DNA of 64,000 nt, from the NCBI GenBank assembly GCA_963738255.1, contig CAVTVW010000009.1, positions 83,441-147,440 on the forward strand, given 5' to 3'. The position numbers and the translations under genes were made by a program. This document shows positions 10,258-20,450 of the stretch, piece after piece (position 1 is the stretch's first letter; the number at the start of each line of letters is the position of its first letter). The notes below the pieces were generated by a model. It did no database searches and was not told the DNA's origin. It was given only the letters and a program-made list of their open reading frames with translations. Source of the DNA: an uncultured Methanocellaceae archaeon. GTDB lineage: Archaea; Halobacteriota; Methanocellia; Methanocellales; Methanocellaceae.

Positions 10258-11379
10258 ATGAAAACGGAATTTATCGTAGCGACAAAAGAATTCAAGGATT
10301 ATTTGATGAGCAAGCGTTTCCTCATCATATTCGCCGCACTGGTACTTATGTGTATAGCGGCGATCATATCAGGTATAAGCTCTTATAACACGCAGGTCAC
10401 GGATTACAACAACATGCTGTCACGCGTAAGCACTAACTCGACCGGATTTGGCGCGAGAGCGGCGGCGTCAATGCCGTCCATGCTGCTCGTCTTCGAGAGC
10501 TTCGGCAGCACCTTCACCACGATCGGATGGCTGCTCGCGATCGCCGTCGGATTTGACCTGATCTCGAAGGAGAAAGAGACCGGCAGCCTGAAATTGCTCC
10601 TGTCCCGGCCTACGTTCAGGGACTCGGTCATCAACGGCAAAATACTGGGTTCATCGGCAATACTGGTCGTCGCACTGGCTGCGACGTTCGTGGTAGCGCT
10701 TGCGATCCTGCTCTTCAGCGGCCTGGTTCCTACGGGCGATGACCTGCTGCGGCTGATCGTATTCTTCCTTGCCATGGTATTGTTCTGTATCGCGTTCCTT
10801 GCGATCGCCATGGCAGCCTCGACCATATCGAGAAACTCTACTCTGGCCGTCCTCATTGCGATCGGCGTTGTAATGTTCTCTACGCTGCTGCCCACGTTCA
10901 CCGGCTCGATTCTGGGTATTGTAATGGGGTCTGCGCCTCAGATGACCCTGCCGTCGGCTGGTGTAAGCGGTTCGAGCAGCAGCTCTTCAAACAGCGGTGC
11001 CACGTATATCAACTATGCAGGCGGTAATGGCCAGCAGGGCGGCGGGGCTTCGAATAGAACCATGACAATGTCCATCAATCCTGCGTATACCAGCTACTGG
11101 AATACGCGTAACCAGGTCACCGAAGCCGTAGACCTGCTCTCTCCGACACAGGACTTCACCGGCATCATCAACGTCGTCGTGGATCGCCAGTCGACCCCGC
11201 TAACAACCGATTCAAACATCGCGGGCAGGTTCACGATCGGAGGCCAGAGCAGCGCCACCAGTAATACCTTAGGCAACACACTGCCATCGGTATTGCCGCA
11301 GGCACTCGCGTTGATCGTCATGATCATCGGTGGTTTTGCGCTGTCATATGCCAAGTTTATAAGGATGGACGTAAGATAA
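10258..11379 (+). CDS. ABC-2 family permease (NosY-like)
   Basis: Start MKTEF at 10258; GFDLISKEKETGSLKLLLSRP motif, multiple TMs. Confidence 0.9.
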   Translation: MKTEFIVATKEFKDYLMSKRFLIIFAALVLMCIAAIISGISSYNTQVTDYNNMLSRVSTNSTGFGARAAASMPSMLLVFESFGSTFTTIGWLLAIAVGFDLISKEKETGSLKLLLSRPTFRDSVINGKILGSSAILVVALAATFVVALAILLFSGLVPTGDDLLRLIVFFLAMVLFCIAFLAIAMAASTISRNSTLAVLIAIGVVMFSTLLPTFTGSILGIVMGSAPQMTLPSAGVSGSSSSSSNSGATYINYAGGNGQQGGGASNRTMTMSINPAYTSYWNTRNQVTEAVDLLSPTQDFTGIINVVVDRQSTPLTTDSNIAGRFTIGGQSSATSNTLGNTLPSVLPQALALIVMIIGGFALSYAKFIRMDVR

Positions 11380-11409
11380 CTTATGTCAATTTTGTAAGGT
11401 GGAAGTAAA

Positions 11410-12861
11410 ATGAGCGTAAAACAAGTAATCCTATCAGTACTGCAGGTACTGTTGATATGCTTGGCAGTAACAGGGGCTTTACAGGCCCCTGCCCTGGCTG
11501 CAAGCAGCTCTTCAACACTATTTTCCGGTACGGTAGAGAATGGCAGTCTAGTGTCCGGAAGCCAGGCCAATGGATGTTATGTAACGTTCTATTTCACTGG
11601 CGAGGGAACACTACATGCGAAGATAGTGAGCACTAACTATCAAATGGCTGATACGAATTTACCTGTCGGTCAGTCTGTGTATTATTATGATCAGCTGGTC
11701 ATACTAGTAGGCCAGATCACGCAGAAAAGCGATGGAACATGGGAGGCACTGGTAACACTATCAACGCCGTCGACCACGACGACAACTTCCACAGGCACAT
11801 CGTTGACCTCGGAGACGCCAGGCCAGACCGCGCTGGCAGGCGATTCGGTGTCGTTCCCGATCACGATCACTAATAATAACGATGGCGATCGGATATACAC
11901 GCTGTCCGCTTCGGGTGCTTCCGGATGGGGGTTGAGCTACGAGCTTGGCAGTAAGAGCATATTCCAGGTGACCGTTCCACAGTCGCAGTCGAAGACTGTT
12001 AACTTTGTCGTACAAGCGCCATATACCGCATCGATCGGCACACAAACGTTCATCGTGAGCACAGGCGACGCCAGCATGAGCGTAAGCGTGGACATCACTA
12101 GCGTGAATGAGAGTGTCTCGGTATCACCCAAGGTCAGCACGGTCATATCCTATGTAGGCTCTAAAGCTTACTACGATATCACTCTCGATAACTTACAGGC
12201 GCAGGATAATGACTATAAGCTCTCTTTGACGGGTCTGCCGAATGAGAACTGGTACTATGCATACCTGAGCTCACGGAGCAGTACGGATGAGATGGCAGAG
12301 ACCATCGTGCCGGCTTCGACCACTCAGAGCATCGTGCTAGAAATCGTGCCACCTTACACAGCGACTGCCGGGACATACAACTTTACGGCAGTGGTCACCA
12401 CTGCGGACGGCCTGGCCATCTCAAAGAACCTGACGCTGCAGCTAAAGAGCGGCACGGGCATGAGTGTGCAATACGATCAGCTCCAGTATAGCTCTACCGC
12501 GGGTAACACGATCAAGATCCCGATATACGTGACCAACACAGGTACGGCTACGCTCACGAATGTGTACGCGTCGGTATCTGCGCCCTCCGGCTGGGTAGTC
12601 ACGTCAGCGCCGAACTCGACAAGCACGCTCCTGGCCGGTAAAACGCAGACGTTTTACTTGAGCGTACAGTCGCCCGGTAACATCGTAGCGAGCGACTATA
12701 GCGTTGTCGTCACCGTTAAGAGTGATCAGGAAGCGGCGTCCGATGATACGTTCAGGATCACTATAACGACGCAATCGTACATACCGTATATCGGCGGCGG
12801 CCTCATCGTCATAGTGCTGGTTGGACTGTTCTTCATGTACAGAAAATACGGGCGCAGATAA
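11410..12861 (+). CDS. Cell-surface protein with NEW3/Ig-like domains and C-terminal anchor
   Basis: Signal peptide, S/T-rich beta domains (VTNTG...APSGW), C-terminal TM followed by YRKYGRR. Confidence 0.85.
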   Translation: MSVKQVILSVLQVLLICLAVTGALQAPALAASSSSTLFSGTVENGSLVSGSQANGCYVTFYFTGEGTLHAKIVSTNYQMADTNLPVGQSVYYYDQLVILVGQITQKSDGTWEALVTLSTPSTTTTTSTGTSLTSETPGQTALAGDSVSFPITITNNNDGDRIYTLSASGASGWGLSYELGSKSIFQVTVPQSQSKTVNFVVQAPYTASIGTQTFIVSTGDASMSVSVDITSVNESVSVSPKVSTVISYVGSKAYYDITLDNLQAQDNDYKLSLTGLPNENWYYAYLSSRSSTDEMAETIVPASTTQSIVLEIVPPYTATAGTYNFTAVVTTADGLAISKNLTLQLKSGTGMSVQYDQLQYSSTAGNTIKIPIYVTNTGTATLTNVYASVSAPSGWVVTSAPNSTSTLLAGKTQTFYLSVQSPGNIVASDYSVVVTVKSDQEAASDDTFRITITTQSYIPYIGGGLIVIVLVGLFFMYRKYGRR

Positions 12862-12960
12862 ACTGCCCCGTTATCTTTTTTATTAAATATTTCAAATTCA
12901 TGTTCCATGTACAGCCCTGGCTGCCCGGGTCTGAAAAAAGCCGAAAAATGATAATTCATG

Positions 12961-13599
12961 TTATTTTTTTAGTACTTGCTCTACAGCCTGGAAATCGTCC
13001 TCGTAGATGTGAACGTTATCGCCTATGCATCGTAAAGTGCCCAGCGAGAAATCAGTCGGGCCGATGAGCTCGTCCTTCACGAGTTCCTGGAATGCCATGA
13101 GGTTTGCCTCGAAGGCCTTGAACATGTCCCACGAGCGATAGTGAATATGGACGTCCAGCCTGTGATTTTTGTGCGGGAAGACCCATATGCGCTGGAAGCA
13201 CGGCTGATCCTCTTTTTTCATACAATCAACTTTAGGCATCCACGTGATCGCCTGTATGCGCTTTGACTCGTAGCGGTAATTTTTCAGCTGTTCGCTCATC
13301 CATTTCAGCTGGTCGAAGCCCTCGTAGTTTACCATACGATCGATGTATGTGTACTCGAAGCCATGCCTGCCAGCCGACTCCCGCTTGAACTGCTGCTTGT
13401 AGAATTGAATGCGGTCAGGGCTGCAGAACGGGTCCTTCTTATGCCATACCTGGACCGGGTTCCTTATTTCAAGGAGCATGCCGTTGATCATCTTCGCCTT
13501 CATGCCATACTCCGTATCGACAAGCTGTCCTCTTCCGTATATCTCTCCTACCGCCCAGAACCAGGCCTCGGAAAGCGTGTCAAATTCCCCGGCAAGCAT
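12961..13599 (-). CDS. thyA: Archaeal-type thymidylate synthase
   Basis: GFEYTYIDR, DQL, QPC (catalytic Cys), RSWD, conserved Asn (EANL), HIY. Confidence 0.75.
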   Translation of the reverse strand: MLAGEFDTLSEAWFWAVGEIYGRGQLVDTEYGMKAKMINGMLLEIRNPVQVWHKKDPFCSPDRIQFYKQQFKRESAGRHGFEYTYIDRMVNYEGFDQLKWMSEQLKNYRYESKRIQAITWMPKVDCMKKEDQPCFQRIWVFPHKNHRLDVHIHYRSWDMFKAFEANLMAFQELVKDELIGPTDFSLGTLRCIGDNVHIYEDDFQAVEQVLKK

Positions 13600-13869
13600 C
13601 GATGTAACCTCTAAAAGATACTATTCTCTATACCGCTTACTAAATAAATCTAGCTCCTGAAGGGAATGGTCACTAGGGCGTGAATGGGAAAACCTTTTAC
13701 GTGCCGGTGATATTGTTAGCAAGCCTGTATTAATAAATCAGGAGCCGAAAATATTTATGTAGCGATACACTGTGCTCAGGCCATTTTTTTGTTTTTTCTG
13801 CGATTACTTTCAACATGCTCTTGGTCAGGATATATAAGCACTTGCATGATATTAGGGTATAGTACTAAA

Positions 13870-13993
13870 ATATCGCACACGCCCTACACGATTCAGGGCC
13901 GGGCTGCGATATCGACCATCCTGTACGTTCAACATCCCAACCCCAAACAATTAATGGCCGGGCTTTCCACCCGGCCATCAGGATTCTCTTTTC
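13870..13993 (+). ncRNA. Candidate small RNA with two stem domains and a C/A-rich bulge
   Basis: TATATAAG 13831-13838; stems atatcgca/tgcgatat, gccct/agggc, atcctg/caggat, atggccggg/cccggccat; pyrimidine tail. Confidence 0.45.
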
Positions 13994-14092
13994 ATATCAC
14001 TAAAACACGCTTAACGCAGGGCGATTAATCGTTCATGAGATAACGCTTAAATAGTCAGCCCCTCCTCATTTCTGGTAGCGAGGAATGTCATA

Positions 14093-15517
14093 ATGGGTGG
14101 TAATGCTGGAAAAACGGTCGTAATGACGACACTTGCCATGATAGCGATCTTTTCAATCTTGCTAGCTTCGCAACCGGCACTTTCATGGCAGCCAGGCGTT
14201 GACTGGGCGAAAACCTACGTTTCCAACGGCTCCGGTACGACACTCAGGCTGACCTCTGACGGTGGATATGTCATTGCGGGCACAGCCGTCGTCAACGGTA
14301 GCGAGAATGTCTTACTGGTTAAGACCGATGCCCAGGGCACGGTACAGTGGAGCAAGACCTATGGCGGGACAGCCAGTGAATTCGGGATGTCTCTGATCAT
14401 AGCTAATGACGGCGGATATGTGGTCGCGGGTATCTCCAATGGCTCCGACGCATTATTAATAAAGGCAGATGCAAGTGGTACACTGCTGTGGAGTAAGACA
14501 TATGGCGGCACGGGCACCGAAAAGGGATTCGATGTCCGGCAGGCAGCAGACGGCGGATATGTGATCGCCGGAGAATCCAACAGTGGCACAAACGCGTATG
14601 TATTACTGATCAAGACCGACGCTAACGGAGCCTTCCAGTGGAGCAATACTTATGGCGTACAGGGTTCCGCAAACACGGGCTATTCTGTCCAATGCAGTGA
14701 CGATGGCGGATATGTGATCGCCGGTACATCCGTGTCCAACGGCAGCAGCGCCTACGTGGTAAAAACCGACTCGGGAGGCGCCATGCAGTGGAGTAAGACT
14801 TACGGGAGTGCCCACTCTGCCAGTACGTACTCCATTGCGAAAGACAGCGATGGCTACGAGATCGCCGGAGCCATCTTAGACGGCAGCATACATTCGGCAT
14901 ACCTGCTGAAGATAGACGCCAGCGGGAACGAGAAATGGAATCGCACGTACTATGGCAGCGGTAATGAATGGTATGCAAAGTCGGTGACAAAGGTCAGCGA
15001 CGGATTTATCCTGGCCGGGCAAAACCATAATATATCGACCGGCGTGGACAGCCTGCTTCTGATAAAAACCTCGTCAGACGGCACGGTACAGTGGAACGGC
15101 GTCTATGGCGTTCTAGGCAGCTGCATGGGCTTCAGCGCGCAGCGAGCCACGGACGGGACTTGTGTGGCTGCCGGCACGGCGTATAATGGCAGCGGCTTTT
15201 ATGCTTTATTACTGAAGACTAATGCTTCCCAGCCGCCAGGCACTTCAAAGCCTCCGGTCACGGTGATCAACATATATGTGCCATCGGACATAACACCGAC
15301 GACGGCGCCCTGGATATCGCCCACGCCAAAGCCGACGATGGTGCCGACGCCCGGGCCCGGCGCGAATACGGTGACCCCCACGGCCGCAGCGGCAGCAACT
15401 CCGACGGCAGTGCCAAACTCCGGGAGCAGCTCAAGCGTGCCCATAGCAATTGCCGTATTATGCATTGCAGGTGTGGCCGCCGGCGCAGTATACTTCCTGG
15501 CATTTAAGAAAAAATGA
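14093..15517 (+). CDS. Secreted beta-propeller repeat surface protein with Pro/Thr linker and C-terminal TM
   Basis: About seven repeats of DGGYVIAG...LIKTDAxG..QWSKTYG; PT-rich linker; TM followed by KKK. Confidence 0.88.
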   Translation: MGGNAGKTVVMTTLAMIAIFSILLASQPALSWQPGVDWAKTYVSNGSGTTLRLTSDGGYVIAGTAVVNGSENVLLVKTDAQGTVQWSKTYGGTASEFGMSLIIANDGGYVVAGISNGSDALLIKADASGTLLWSKTYGGTGTEKGFDVRQAADGGYVIAGESNSGTNAYVLLIKTDANGAFQWSNTYGVQGSANTGYSVQCSDDGGYVIAGTSVSNGSSAYVVKTDSGGAMQWSKTYGSAHSASTYSIAKDSDGYEIAGAILDGSIHSAYLLKIDASGNEKWNRTYYGSGNEWYAKSVTKVSDGFILAGQNHNISTGVDSLLLIKTSSDGTVQWNGVYGVLGSCMGFSAQRATDGTCVAAGTAYNGSGFYALLLKTNASQPPGTSKPPVTVINIYVPSDITPTTAPWISPTPKPTMVPTPGPGANTVTPTAAAAATPTAVPNSGSSSSVPIAIAVLCIAGVAAGAVYFLAFKKK

Positions 15518-15792
15518 GCAAGCCGGGCCTTTATGGCCCCTCTTTTTTATTGGCAGAGGCATTTTGATATCCTGCACTTTATCCTAAAATACAAGAATAG
15601 CTCGTCCGATATGAGTATCGCTTTAAATTTTGATATATGTTATATTTATCGTTATATATATTAAAAATGTTTCTCTTGCCGTTATTTCAGCGATTTATTG
15701 GCGAATTATTGCTTTTAATGGGCTGAAGCTTGTTATACAGAAGTGCGTTAGTGTCTCATATAGTATAAGACTAAGCGATAGGAACGTAAACT

Positions 15793-16974
15793 ATGGCCGC
15801 GAATGCGAGCAATCTGGAAAATCTCAAAAAAGGCGTGGACGCAGGCGATCATCACGACCGTCTTAGTGCTGTCGACAAGCTCGGGAAGCTTCACGACGAG
15901 CGTACTGTCCCTCTATTACTGCAAGCGTTAAAAGATGAAGAATACGAGATACGTGAAACCGCATACGTCGCCCTCAGGGAGATTGGCGTGAAAGCCATGC
16001 CATACCTGGTGAAAGCCATGAAAGACGACAGCTTTTACGTACGCATGTATGTATCCCTGGCCATAGCAGACTACATACTTGAGAACCCCTCCCGCAAGTA
16101 TGATGATGACCTTGTCGACGCGCTCACGCACGCGCTACTAGATAAAAGCATATACGTCAGGCGTTCTGCATACGACGCCCTGAAGACGATCGAGTACAAC
16201 AAGGTCATCAAGTCCCTCATCTGCGCTCTCGACGATGAAGACTACGACATACGCATAGAAGCGATCACTGCTTTGGGGCGGATCGGCGACCGCAGGGCCG
16301 TCAAGGCACTGTCGCGTGCGATGCGCATGGATAATGAAAGCATACGGAGGTCCGCAGCTCAGGCCCTTGGCCGTATCGGTGATAAGCGTGCGATAGGGGC
16401 GCTGATCAGCGCCATAGAAGACGCCGACGGCGGTGTAAGGCGAGAGGCCATACGCGCGCTTGGCGCCATAGGCGACGAAAAAGCTGCAATGTACTTATTA
16501 TGCGCGTTAAAGGACAGGGAACCCGTGGTCAGGCGTGAAGCGGAGAGCGCTTTAAGCCTTCTAAAACCCCTCCGTACTATTACACCCTTCATCATGGTCA
16601 TGGATGACGAAAGTGCGCGTGTGAGGCAGGAGGCCGTTAAAGCTCTAGGGCGCTCGAGAAGCCAGAAAGCAGTCGAGCCTCTGATACGATCGCTGAACGA
16701 TCGGAATGCGTCCGTCAGGGAAGCTGCGTGCTCAGCGCTGGGCGAGATAGGAAAGCCTGCGATCCCTCATCTGGAGGCATTGCTGGCGAACGATAACGCG
16801 CAGGTCTGTACCGCAGTAAAGAAGGCTCTGATATTGATCAATGAGATGTCCGCCTCAAAGCGCGAAAAGCCTGTTCAAAATTTACCCGATGAAGCTGCAG
16901 CTTTCGCATCGGATAATTTTTTTAACACGTTAGAAAAAGCCGGGCAGGCAAGCCTGTCATCCTTTAACATGTGA
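15793..16974 (+). CDS. HEAT/PBS-lyase repeat protein
   Basis: Repeated L.D.D..VR..A..ALG.IGD.RAV units. Confidence 0.9.
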   Translation: MAANASNLENLKKGVDAGDHHDRLSAVDKLGKLHDERTVPLLLQALKDEEYEIRETAYVALREIGVKAMPYLVKAMKDDSFYVRMYVSLAIADYILENPSRKYDDDLVDALTHALLDKSIYVRRSAYDALKTIEYNKVIKSLICALDDEDYDIRIEAITALGRIGDRRAVKALSRAMRMDNESIRRSAAQALGRIGDKRAIGALISAIEDADGGVRREAIRALGAIGDEKAAMYLLCALKDREPVVRREAESALSLLKPLRTITPFIMVMDDESARVRQEAVKALGRSRSQKAVEPLIRSLNDRNASVREAACSALGEIGKPAIPHLEALLANDNAQVCTAVKKALILINEMSASKREKPVQNLPDEAAAFASDNFFNTLEKAGQASLSSFNM

Positions 16975-16979
16975 TCCTG

Positions 16980-17453
16980 TCACTGTGCTATGGTCACAGC
17001 CCAGCGATCCGCCCAGTTCACGGTGAGATAATAGTCGCCGGTATATGGTATCATGACTGTTTTTGAGACCTGTGCCAGGCGGTTCTCGTCCATTACATAT
17101 AGCTGGATCAAATTATAATTTTGCGAGCCCGGCGCCTTATAGTTTAAGCCGATGCTGCATCCGAACCCATTGCCCTGTAAATTAATTGTCACGGTGGCGT
17201 TGCCTTCTTTTAGCAAGAACGGGTCATTCCTGGTGTTTATATTATATGGATATGTGCCTGAGGCGGTGATCGTATCCCCGGATCGGACGATATCCACATT
17301 CTGAGTTGAAGATATCGGGGAGGACTCATCGCTGTGCACTGGGCCTGAGTATGGCGAAGGTGTAAGTGATGGTATAGCCGAGCACCCGCATACGGATATA
17401 CAAAAAACCAGCGTTATGATGATCAGCAGGAGTGGGGCTAAAGTTTTACTCAT
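16980..17453 (-). CDS. Hypothetical lipoprotein
   Basis: Hydrophobic signal ending VCGC, beta-rich mature domain. Confidence 0.7.
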   Translation of the reverse strand: MSKTLAPLLLIIITLVFCISVCGCSAIPSLTPSPYSGPVHSDESSPISSTQNVDIVRSGDTITASGTYPYNINTRNDPFLLKEGNATVTINLQGNGFGCSIGLNYKAPGSQNYNLIQLYVMDENRLAQVSKTVMIPYTGDYYLTVNWADRWAVTIAQ

Positions 17454-17556
17454 TTAATACACCGATATTATCTGGATATGCCTTTGAATGGATCTATATT
17501 CCTGTTCAACTGGCAACTATTCTACTGATCATAACAGGATCAATCTATCATGGATC

Positions 17557-18060
17557 TCAGATACCGCAGCTTCTCTGCCCTGTCTTTTCGAAGTACTGCT
17601 GGTGATATTCCTCCGCCTTATAGAACGTCTTGGCCGGGATGATTTCCGTCACTATAGGCTTAGCGAACTTCCCGGACTTTTGTAAGCTTTCCTTTGACGC
17701 CCTCGCCTTTTCTTCCTGCTCGCGATTCAAGTAAAATATGGCAGAACGGTATTGCGAGCCGGAGTCAGGGCCTTGCCTGTTTAGCGTAGTCGGATCGTGA
17801 TGGCTCCAGAAAATGTCGAGCAGCTGATCGTATGTGACTTTCGAAGGGTCGTAGACGACCTCAGTTGTTTCCGCATGGCCCGTCCTGTCCGTGCAGACCT
17901 CCTTATAGGTGGGATTTTCCATATGCCCTCCCATGAAGCCCACAGCGGTTGCCACGACACCCGGCACGTGCATGAATGCATCCTCAACATGCCAGAAACA
18001 ACCTGCGGCGAAGTATGCTTTTTCGAGTTTTGGGTTTTCCGCGTTCATCATAACTACCAT
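17557..18060 (-). CDS. msrA: Peptide methionine-S-sulfoxide reductase
   Basis: [45 protein letters not shown]. Confidence 0.95.
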   Translation of the reverse strand: MVVMMNAENPKLEKAYFAAGCFWHVEDAFMHVPGVVATAVGFMGGHMENPTYKEVCTDRTGHAETTEVVYDPSKVTYDQLLDIFWSHHDPTTLNRQGPDSGSQYRSAIFYLNREQEEKARASKESLQKSGKFAKPIVTEIIPAKTFYKAEEYHQQYFEKTGQRSCGI

Positions 18061-18447
18061 TTCGCATCATTCAATATATTCTTACTGTGTCGCTTTTACG
18101 GAGTCTTATTTAATCGGGTTTAGATATGTAACGTCCGATGTCGGCAATAAATAACAAAAAGTTTAACGGAACCAACCGGGTTAACCTTTACACGACCTTA
18201 CGCATAAATGTTAATGTTTGAAAATTTCCCTCAATAACATGGTAGATAATATTTTCTATATATACCAATATTATTTTCATTGATTTTTTTATCTCATTTA
18301 ATTGTTTCTACTAAGAACAAATATATACCGTTATAGAACAAATTGTGATATACCTTCTACATAACGTGATTTATACTTGTATTTTTTGATTAAAACGAAA
18401 AGTGTTATATACACAAATCTTCTGATTATGGTTTATAATGGGTAAAG

Positions 18448-18535
18448 GATAGAAGCGAATCGACACTAATATACGATTCAAAATGAGAAAAATTCGAAAA
18501 ATATTTCGAAAAACTCTCATTCTTCGATCCCTATC
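18448..18535 (+). promoter_or_regulatory. Structured leader or operator upstream of the signalling operon
   Basis: Nested inverted repeats gatag/ctatc, gaatcg/cgattc, aatgaga/tctcatt, ttcgaaa/tttcgaa. Confidence 0.4.
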
Positions 18536-18696
18536 TGCATTGAGGTTTTCATATGCATAAAATGCAAATCTCTCTTTCAGACACCATCATTCAATAACAA
18601 CCAAAATTATTGATAAAGATATAATTTTGGTATTAACGATAAAAATGAAATATTAGATTTAAATGGGGCAAAACCGTAAAAATGGAGATCTAAACA

Positions 18697-19152
18697 ATGG
18701 CGACACAACCGTTAAAACCCTTGGAAATATTACTGGCAGATGATAATCCTGGAGACGTCCGTCTATTTATTGAATCTTTAAAAGATGGAAAAGTACTGAA
18801 CCACCTGAACGTTACCTGGGATGGCGAAGAAGCGATAAACTATCTCAAGCAAAAGGTGGCAGGCGGACTTGCACCCCGCCCGGACTTTGTCATACTGGAC
18901 ATAAATATGCCCAAAATGACCGGACTCGAAGTCCTCATAGAGATGAAGAAAGATGCCGCTCTAATGAACATACCCGTAGCGATACTCACCTCCTCGGAAG
19001 CGGAAAAAGACATGATGACCGGCTATGAGAACGACGTTAATTGCTATATCACTAAACCCCTGGATTTCGAGAAATTCATCAGCTCTCTCCTGTCAATCGA
19101 GAACTACTGGCTCGTAGTCGTCAACCATAAGGATGATGGTCTGGAGAACTAG
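18697..19152 (+). CDS. Single-domain response regulator (Rcp1-like receiver)
   Basis: ILLADDNPGDV, LDINMPKMTG phospho-Asp, LTSS, YITKP. Confidence 0.92.
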   Translation: MATQPLKPLEILLADDNPGDVRLFIESLKDGKVLNHLNVTWDGEEAINYLKQKVAGGLAPRPDFVILDINMPKMTGLEVLIEMKKDAALMNIPVAILTSSEAEKDMMTGYENDVNCYITKPLDFEKFISSLLSIENYWLVVVNHKDDGLEN

Positions 19153-19211
19153 GATCAGCGCATTCTAAGTTCTAATGTGAAAAATCTTAATAATTAAAAA
19201 TGGTGATAAAA

Positions 19212-20435
19212 ATGGCCTCAGTTGAACTTAGTGAAAAATCACTAAAGTTAATAGAGATGCGTCGCGGTGATCGGCAGGTCAACCAGTATCTTAACCTGGT
19301 GTTAGAGAACATCTACGATAAGATGTCGTCATCCGGGCTGATCATTAGCGGCGCCAGCCTGTTTGATATCCTTGAATCTAAGATAGTTCCTGTCGAACCT
19401 GTCGTCGTTCGGGCAAGCCAGGTCCCGGAGATCATTAAGGCTCTGAAAGCTTCCTGCCCCGGAAAAATACCATACAACATGTTCTATCAGGAATGTATAG
19501 AGCATGGGGTTTCAAAAGCAGAGATGGAGGAGGCTACGCAGAATAACAGAGGCCTTTTCCAGATACAGGTTTATAACGACGACGAATATGCAAAGCTCCT
19601 TCTCGTGATCATATACAATTACTTGAAAGAGAAGTACAGCACCAGCTTATCCACTTCACAATTCTACGGGAAGTGCCTGGAAGAAGGCCTTAACATTGAC
19701 GATATCCGGTATTCGGAAAGTGTATGGCAGATCGTCATCCCCGCCCAGGAAAAGCTTAAGGAGCTGGCGGCAAAGACCGATGCGATGGGCATCGAAAACC
19801 GCCTGTTAAAGCTGTTCTATGCCATAAAGGCCGAATATCCTGACACGATACCCATAGCGGTACTCCAGACCAAATGTTCGCAGTTCGGCATGTCCAAGGA
19901 TGATATCGGAAACCTTGAAAAGATCTATACAAGGCATCTTCTCTCAAAGCACAATGAGATGCTTGCAGGAACGCCCAAAGCGAAGAAGGCGGAAACGGAA
20001 GCTAAGCCCAGCATTAAAGAGATCAATGCCAGAGTGAAAAGTGTCCTCGACGAAGCGGTGGGCCTCTACGGCGATAACATCCCGGAGCTGGCATTCATGG
20101 ATAAGTGCAAGGCGGCCGGGCTTTCGATTGAAGAACAAATGTATGCCAGAAAGGTGTTTGAGGATTACCTTGCGGCTCTCGTCAGCTACAAAGAAATCAA
20201 ATACATGAATAAAAAGGCGTACATCATCCTTACGTCTCTCCGCAAGACCTATCCGGGCAAGATCCCCTACAATATCTTTTACAATAAATGTAAGGCGCTC
20301 GGCATGAAAAACGAGGAGATCGCGGAAGCCATCAAGCAATCCGGACATATGATATCCACTGAAAAGAGCGATGAGCAACATTACCTGAAGGTTCTCGACG
20401 ATATAATAACCGATCAGAAAAAGGCAAGCACTTAA
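19212..20435 (+). CDS. Hypothetical protein: RHH-like N-terminus plus five Cys-containing helical repeats
   Basis: Start after TGGTGA RBS; repeats of Y(P)GxIPxxxFxxKCxxxG(L/M)xxxxI; lies between the receiver and kinase genes. Confidence 0.8.
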   Translation: MASVELSEKSLKLIEMRRGDRQVNQYLNLVLENIYDKMSSSGLIISGASLFDILESKIVPVEPVVVRASQVPEIIKALKASCPGKIPYNMFYQECIEHGVSKAEMEEATQNNRGLFQIQVYNDDEYAKLLLVIIYNYLKEKYSTSLSTSQFYGKCLEEGLNIDDIRYSESVWQIVIPAQEKLKELAAKTDAMGIENRLLKLFYAIKAEYPDTIPIAVLQTKCSQFGMSKDDIGNLEKIYTRHLLSKHNEMLAGTPKAKKAETEAKPSIKEINARVKSVLDEAVGLYGDNIPELAFMDKCKAAGLSIEEQMYARKVFEDYLAALVSYKEIKYMNKKAYIILTSLRKTYPGKIPYNIFYNKCKALGMKNEEIAEAIKQSGHMISTEKSDEQHYLKVLDDIITDQKKAST

Positions 20436-20450
20436 AGAATGGTGATTGAT

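Noticed and set aside
13970..13982. 13-bp word cccggccatcagg shared with 3559-3571
   Set aside because: Matches of this length are expected by chance in 64 kb, and the flanks do not align.
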